DNA from: Burkholderiales bacterium
GTDB taxonomy: Bacteria; Pseudomonadota; Gammaproteobacteria; Burkholderiales; SG8-39
DNA length: 58,112 nt
NCBI GenBank assembly: GCA_035525655.1
Contig: DATLDY010000292.1
Location: 1 to 58,112, forward strand
Reading direction: 5' to 3'
The notes beneath the pieces were generated by a model, which saw nothing but the letters and a program-made list of their open reading frames with translations, did no database searches and was not told the DNA's origin. Numbering within the stretch: position 1 is the stretch's first letter; each line of letters starts with the position of its first letter. Position numbers and translations under genes: made by a program. Positions 54,345 through 58,112 of the stretch are shown here, one piece after another.

Positions 54345-57177
54345 GCGCCGCCTCCAGCACGCGCGCCACGTGCCGGGCTTCGCGCCCGACGCCGTGAGCG
54401 ATTTGCGCGCGGCAGCTGGTGCCGTCGGCGATCAGCATCGCGTCGGGCCTGGCGCGCACCGCCGGCAGCAGCGCCAGCTCCGCCATCTTCATCGAAACGT
54501 CGTAATGCTCCGACTCATAGCCGAAGCTGCCGGCCATGCCGCAGCAGCTCGACTCGACCAGCGTGGTCTTCAGCGCGGGCACCATGGCGAGCACCTGCTG
54601 CACCGCCGGCACGGCATCGAAGGCTTTCTGGTGGCAGTGGCCGTGCAGCAGCGCCTCGCCTTCGAGGGGGTGCAGCTTCAGCTCGCCCGGCTCCCGCGCC
54701 AGGAATTCCTCGAACAGGAATACGCCCCTGGTAAGCGCGCGGGTTTCGGGCAGCAGGACCGAATACTCGTCGCGCAGGGTGAACAGGCACGACGGCTCGA
54801 GCCCCAGCACCGGCACGCCGCGCTCGATCCAGGGATTCAGCGCCTCGGCGACGCGGCGCGCCTCGGCGCGCGCCTCGTCTATGAGCCCGACCGACAGAAA
54901 GGTCCTGCCGCAGCACAGCGGCCGCCCGCTGATCAGCGGCTCCGGCGTGTGTACCCGGTAGCCGGCGGCCTGCAGCACGCGGATCGCGGCGCGGGCGTTG
55001 GCCGGCTCGAACCAGCGGTTGAAGGTGTCGACGAACAGCACCACTTCGCGCGCGCCGCTCTTCACCCACGCTCGCTCGACGAAATGATCGCGCCGCCAGC
55101 GCGGCAGGTCGCGCTTCGCGCTGAAGCCCAGCAGCGGCTTGGCCAGGTCGGCGAGCACGTTGGTGAGCGGCGCGAAAGCCGATGCGTAGGGCGCATAGCG
55201 CGGCAGCCAGGCGATGGCCCGCTCGCGCAGGGAAGGCGCGTGTTTTTTCCGGTACTGCGCCAGGTACTCGATCTTCATGCGCGCCATGTCGACGCCGGTC
55301 GGGCACTCGCGCTTGCAGCCTTTGCAGGAGACGCACAGGTCGAGCGCCTCTTTCGCGTCCTCGAACGGAATCTGCTTCGACAGCGCCAGACGCAGCGTGT
55401 TGGCGCGCCCGCGCGTCAGGTGCGTTTCATCCTGCGTCGCGCGGAACGACGGGCACATGGTCCCGGCGTCGAACTTGCGGCAGTGGCCGTTGTTGTTGCA
55501 CATCTCGACGGCCTTGTCGTAGCCGCCCCACTCGCCCCAGTCGAGGCCGGTTTTCAGCGCAATGGTCTGGTAGCCGCGCGCAAAGCGGAACAGCGACTTG
55601 TCGTCCATGCGCGGCGGATTGACGATCTTCCCGGGGTTCATCAGCCCACGCGGGTCGAGCCACGACTTGATCTCGCCCAGGCAGGCGGTCAGGCGCGGGC
55701 CGAAGAACGGCGCGATCCACTCGGAGCGCACCAGGCCGTCGCCGTGCTCGCCCGAATACGCGCCCTTGAACTGCTTCACCAGCGCGCAGGCCTCCTCCGC
55801 GATGGCGCGCATCTTCTGCGCCCCGTCGCGCCGCATGTCGAGGACCGGGCGCACGTGCAGCGTGCCCACCGACGCGTGCGCGTACCAGGTGCCGCGCGTG
55901 CCGTGCTTCTCGAATACGTCGGTGAGGCGCTGCGTGTACTCGGCGAGGTGCTCGAGCGGCACCGCGCAGTCCTCGATGAAAGAGACCGGCTTGCCGTCGC
56001 CCTTCATGGACATCATGATGTTCAGGCCGGCCTTGCGCACTTCCCACAGGTCGCGCTGGCGCTTCGCGTCGGTGATCTCCACCACGCTGCCGGGCAGGCC
56101 AAGGTCCGCCATCAGCTGGACCAGCGATCCGAGCTTCTTTTCCTGCTCGAGCTGCTGCTCGCCCGAGAACTCCACCAGCAGGATGGCATCGGGGTCGCCC
56201 TTGATGAATGCGTCCACGGTGCTGCGGAACGCGCCGATCTCGCGCGCCAGCCCGATCATGGTGCGATCCACCAGCTCCACCGCCGAGGGCCCGAGCTTGA
56301 CGATGTGCTGGGTGAGCTCCATGGCGGTGAAGAACTTCGGGAAGTGGCAGACGCCCAGCACGCGCGCCGGCGGAACGCGCAAAAGCTTGAGGTGCAGGCG
56401 CTCGCTCCACGCCAGCGTGCCTTCGGAGCCGACCAGCAGGTGCGCGGCATTCGCGTGCGGCGGGCCGAGATGGTCCAGGTTGTAGCCAGCCACGCGGCGC
56501 AGCACTTTCGGGAAGCGGGCTTGGATTTCGGCCTTTTCGCGCTCGTACAGCGCTTTGAGCTTCTCGACGAACGCGCCATAGGGCCCGCCGGCGTTTTCGC
56601 CAATCGGGCCGAATTTCCAGCGCTCGCCGCCCACCGTCACCGCCTCGATGGCGAGCACGTTGTGCACCATGTTGCCGTAAGCGATGGAGCGCGAGCCGCA
56701 GGAGTTGTTGCCCGCCATGCCGCCCAGCGTCGCCTGTGCGCTGGTGGACACGTCGACTGGGAACCACAGGCCCTGGCTGCGCAGCCTGGCGTTCAGCGCA
56801 TCGAGCACGATGCCCGGCTGCACGACGGCGCGCATCTGCGAGGCATCGATCTCGAGCACCTGGTTCAAATATTTCGTGTGGTCGATGATCAGCGCTGCGC
56901 CCACCGCCTGCCCGCACTGCGAGCTGCCGGCGCCGCGCGGCAGGATCGGTACGCCTTCGGCCGCCGCGATGGCGATGGCACCGCGGGCGGCCTCCTCGCT
57001 GCGCGGCACAACCACGCCAAGGGGCTGCACCTGGTAGATCGACGCGTCCGTGGAATAGCGGCCCCGCGAAGCTGCGTCGAAGAGGACTTCCGCGTCGATT
57101 TCCCTGCGCAGACGGGCCGCGAGGGCTGGCGTGCCTTGCATGGGCGGATTTTGCATGCAAAATGCGTCAATTCCCAC
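54304..57177 (-). CDS. FAD-binding and (Fe-S)-binding oxidoreductase (GlcD-like FAD domain fused to GlcF-like Cys-rich domains; YdiJ-like architecture)
   Basis: 957 aa. FAD-PCMH region VVVPRSEEAARGAIAIAAAEGVPILPRGAGSSQCGQ. 4Fe-4S motif CVSCKGCKRECPTG. CCG motif SSCCGMAGSFGYE. GTG 57177 has a GGAG SD 6 nt upstream. The alternative starts ATG 57156 and 57141 lack an SD. Confidence 0.88.
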   Translation of the reverse strand: MGIDAFCMQNPPMQGTPALAARLRREIDAEVLFDAASRGRYSTDASIYQVQPLGVVVPRSEEAARGAIAIAAAEGVPILPRGAGSSQCGQAVGAALIIDHTKYLNQVLEIDASQMRAVVQPGIVLDALNARLRSQGLWFPVDVSTSAQATLGGMAGNNSCGSRSIAYGNMVHNVLAIEAVTVGGERWKFGPIGENAGGPYGAFVEKLKALYEREKAEIQARFPKVLRRVAGYNLDHLGPPHANAAHLLVGSEGTLAWSERLHLKLLRVPPARVLGVCHFPKFFTAMELTQHIVKLGPSAVELVDRTMIGLAREIGAFRSTVDAFIKGDPDAILLVEFSGEQQLEQEKKLGSLVQLMADLGLPGSVVEITDAKRQRDLWEVRKAGLNIMMSMKGDGKPVSFIEDCAVPLEHLAEYTQRLTDVFEKHGTRGTWYAHASVGTLHVRPVLDMRRDGAQKMRAIAEEACALVKQFKGAYSGEHGDGLVRSEWIAPFFGPRLTACLGEIKSWLDPRGLMNPGKIVNPPRMDDKSLFRFARGYQTIALKTGLDWGEWGGYDKAVEMCNNNGHCRKFDAGTMCPSFRATQDETHLTRGRANTLRLALSKQIPFEDAKEALDLCVSCKGCKRECPTGVDMARMKIEYLAQYRKKHAPSLRERAIAWLPRYAPYASAFAPLTNVLADLAKPLLGFSAKRDLPRWRRDHFVERAWVKSGAREVVLFVDTFNRWFEPANARAAIRVLQAAGYRVHTPEPLISGRPLCCGRTFLSVGLIDEARAEARRVAEALNPWIERGVPVLGLEPSCLFTLRDEYSVLLPETRALTRGVFLFEEFLAREPGELKLHPLEGEALLHGHCHQKAFDAVPAVQQVLAMVPALKTTLVESSCCGMAGSFGYESEHYDVSMKMAELALLPAVRARPDAMLIADGTSCRAQIAHGVGREARHVARVLEAALSAPPAAPSPATR
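57148..57163. promoter_or_regulatory. 16-bp perfect AT-rich palindrome ATTTTGCATGCAAAAT (candidate operator)
   Basis: Read directly from the sequence. It lies in the head-to-head region of the oxidase and aminotransferase genes, within codons 5-10 of the oxidase if GTG 57177 is used. Confidence 0.4.
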
Positions 57178-57187
57178 GGAGCGCTCC
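57178..57187. promoter_or_regulatory. palindromic Shine-Dalgarno element GGAGCGCTCC serving both divergent genes
   Basis: On the plus strand, GGAG lies 7 nt before ATG 57189. On the minus strand the same palindrome gives GGAG 6 nt before GTG 57177. Confidence 0.5.
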
Positions 57188-57188
57188 G

Positions 57189-58112
57189 ATGCCCCGCCCA
57201 GCAGGCCGTCATTTTCTGCAGATTCCCGGTCCGACCAACGTGCCCGACCGCGTGCTGCGCGCGATCGATTTCCCGACCATGGACCATCGGGGGCCGGATT
57301 TCGCCGCGCTCGGCAAGGCGTGCCTGTCGGGCATGAAGCGCGTGTTCAAGTCGACGGTGGGCGACGTGGTGATCTATCCCGCCTCCGGCACCGGCGCCTG
57401 GGAGGCAGCCCTGGTCAACACTTTGTCGGCGGGCGATCGCGTGCTGATGGCCGAAACCGGCCAGTTCGCCACGCTGTGGCAGAAGCTTGCCGCGCGGCTG
57501 GGGCTGGAGGTGGAGTTCCTCGCCGGCGACTGGCGCCACGGCGCCGATCCGGAAGCCATCGAGAAGCGGCTGCGCGCCGACGCCGACAAGCGCATCAAGG
57601 CGGTGTGCGTGGTGCACAACGAAACTTCCACCGGCGTGGTGTCGCGCATCGCCGAAGTGCGCAAGGCAATCGACGCGGCCGGCCATCCGGCGCTGTTCAT
57701 GGTGGATACCATCTCGTCGCTCGCTTCGCTCGACTACCGGCACGACGAATGGGGCGTGGATGTCACCGTGGCCGGCTCGCAGAAGGGCCTGATGCTGCCG
57801 CCCGGGCTGTCGTTCAATTGCATTTCCTCCCGTGCTCTCGAAGCTTCCAAGAAATCGAAAATAGGTAAAAGTTATTGGGCGTGGGACGAGATGCTGTCGA
57901 ACGGCAAGAGCGGCTATTTCCCCTACACGCCGGCCACCAACCTGCTCTACGGCCTGCGCGAAGCGCTCAAGATGCTGCTCGAGGAGGAAGGCTTGGACGC
58001 GGTGTTCGCGCGCCACATCCGCCATGCCGAAGCCACGCGGCGCGCAGTGCGCGCCTGGGGACTGGAAGTCCTAGCGCTCGATCCCCGCGAATACTCGGCC
58101 TCGCTCACCGCC
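57189..58112 (+). CDS. class-V aminotransferase, serine--glyoxylate / alanine--glyoxylate aminotransferase-like (C-terminus beyond window)
   Basis: Absent from the ORF track because it has no stop in the window. My translation is MPRPAGRHFLQIPGPTNVPDRVLRAIDFPTMDHRGPDF...VVHNETSTGVV...VAGSQKGLMLPPGLSF... The PLP Lys lies in the SQKG context. 308 codons remain open to the window edge. Confidence 0.85.
   Translation, partial: MPRPAGRHFLQIPGPTNVPDRVLRAIDFPTMDHRGPDFAALGKACLSGMKRVFKSTVGDVVIYPASGTGAWEAALVNTLSAGDRVLMAETGQFATLWQKLAARLGLEVEFLAGDWRHGADPEAIEKRLRADADKRIKAVCVVHNETSTGVVSRIAEVRKAIDAAGHPALFMVDTISSLASLDYRHDEWGVDVTVAGSQKGLMLPPGLSFNCISSRALEASKKSKIGKSYWAWDEMLSNGKSGYFPYTPATNLLYGLREALKMLLEEEGLDAVFARHIRHAEATRRAVRAWGLEVLALDPREYSASLTA

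Noticed and set aside
54370-57336. 988-aa plus-strand ORF, the longest unassigned ORF in the track.
   Set aside because: It lies exactly antisense to the FAD/Fe-S oxidase gene, which carries clear family motifs (GAGSSQCGQ, CVSCKGCKRECPTG, CCGMAGSFG). The antisense product is Arg/Ala/Gly/His-rich with no recognisable motif. This is the typical stop-codon-poor shadow ORF of GC-rich DNA.

Overview
GC-rich, gene-dense chromosomal window. I call 54 protein-coding genes, two of them truncated at the window edges. Nearly all are trimmed versions of ORFs in the supplied track. I found no rRNA or tRNA gene, CRISPR array, transposase, integrase or prophage gene.

Most of the window is housekeeping and looks proteobacterial, probably betaproteobacterial; this rests on gene order only and was not searched:
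- glmU-glmS
- gltB-gltD
- aroK-aroB downstream of pilMNOPQ, with PBP1A divergent from pilM
- cyaY, lptM, lysA
- cytochrome c4 divergent from engB, then hemB
- cutA-dsbD
- livJ/HMGF
- ilvD
- a LysR regulator followed by lgt

Less ordinary blocks sit between these:
- A PhnD/C/E/E-type ABC importer fused by start/stop overlaps to a DUF2891 gene.
- An RND adaptor and pump pair running into an NYN+OST-HTH gene, then mug, a small ORF and an isochorismatase-family gene.
- A cytochrome c', dihaem cytochrome c, ECF sigma, anti-sigma string.
- An orphan PA2779-family gene.
- A large FAD/Fe-S oxidase placed back-to-back with a class-V (serine-glyoxylate-type) aminotransferase.

I did not recognise any known defence, toxin or mobile system. 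The observations most worth a second look:
1. The glmUS operon continues into a GcvT-like gene and two CrtI-like flavoprotein genes.
2. The cytochrome/ECF sigma unit carries a textbook intrinsic terminator inside a signal-peptide coding region.
3. A 165-nt engB-hemB spacer contains four consecutive hairpins, with terminator polarity on the minus strand.
4. Two divergent start codons lie 11 nt apart and share a palindromic Shine-Dalgarno (SD) sequence, GGAGCGCTCC, next to a 16-bp AT-rich perfect palindrome.

All functional calls rest on motifs I read in the translations. No database search was run.
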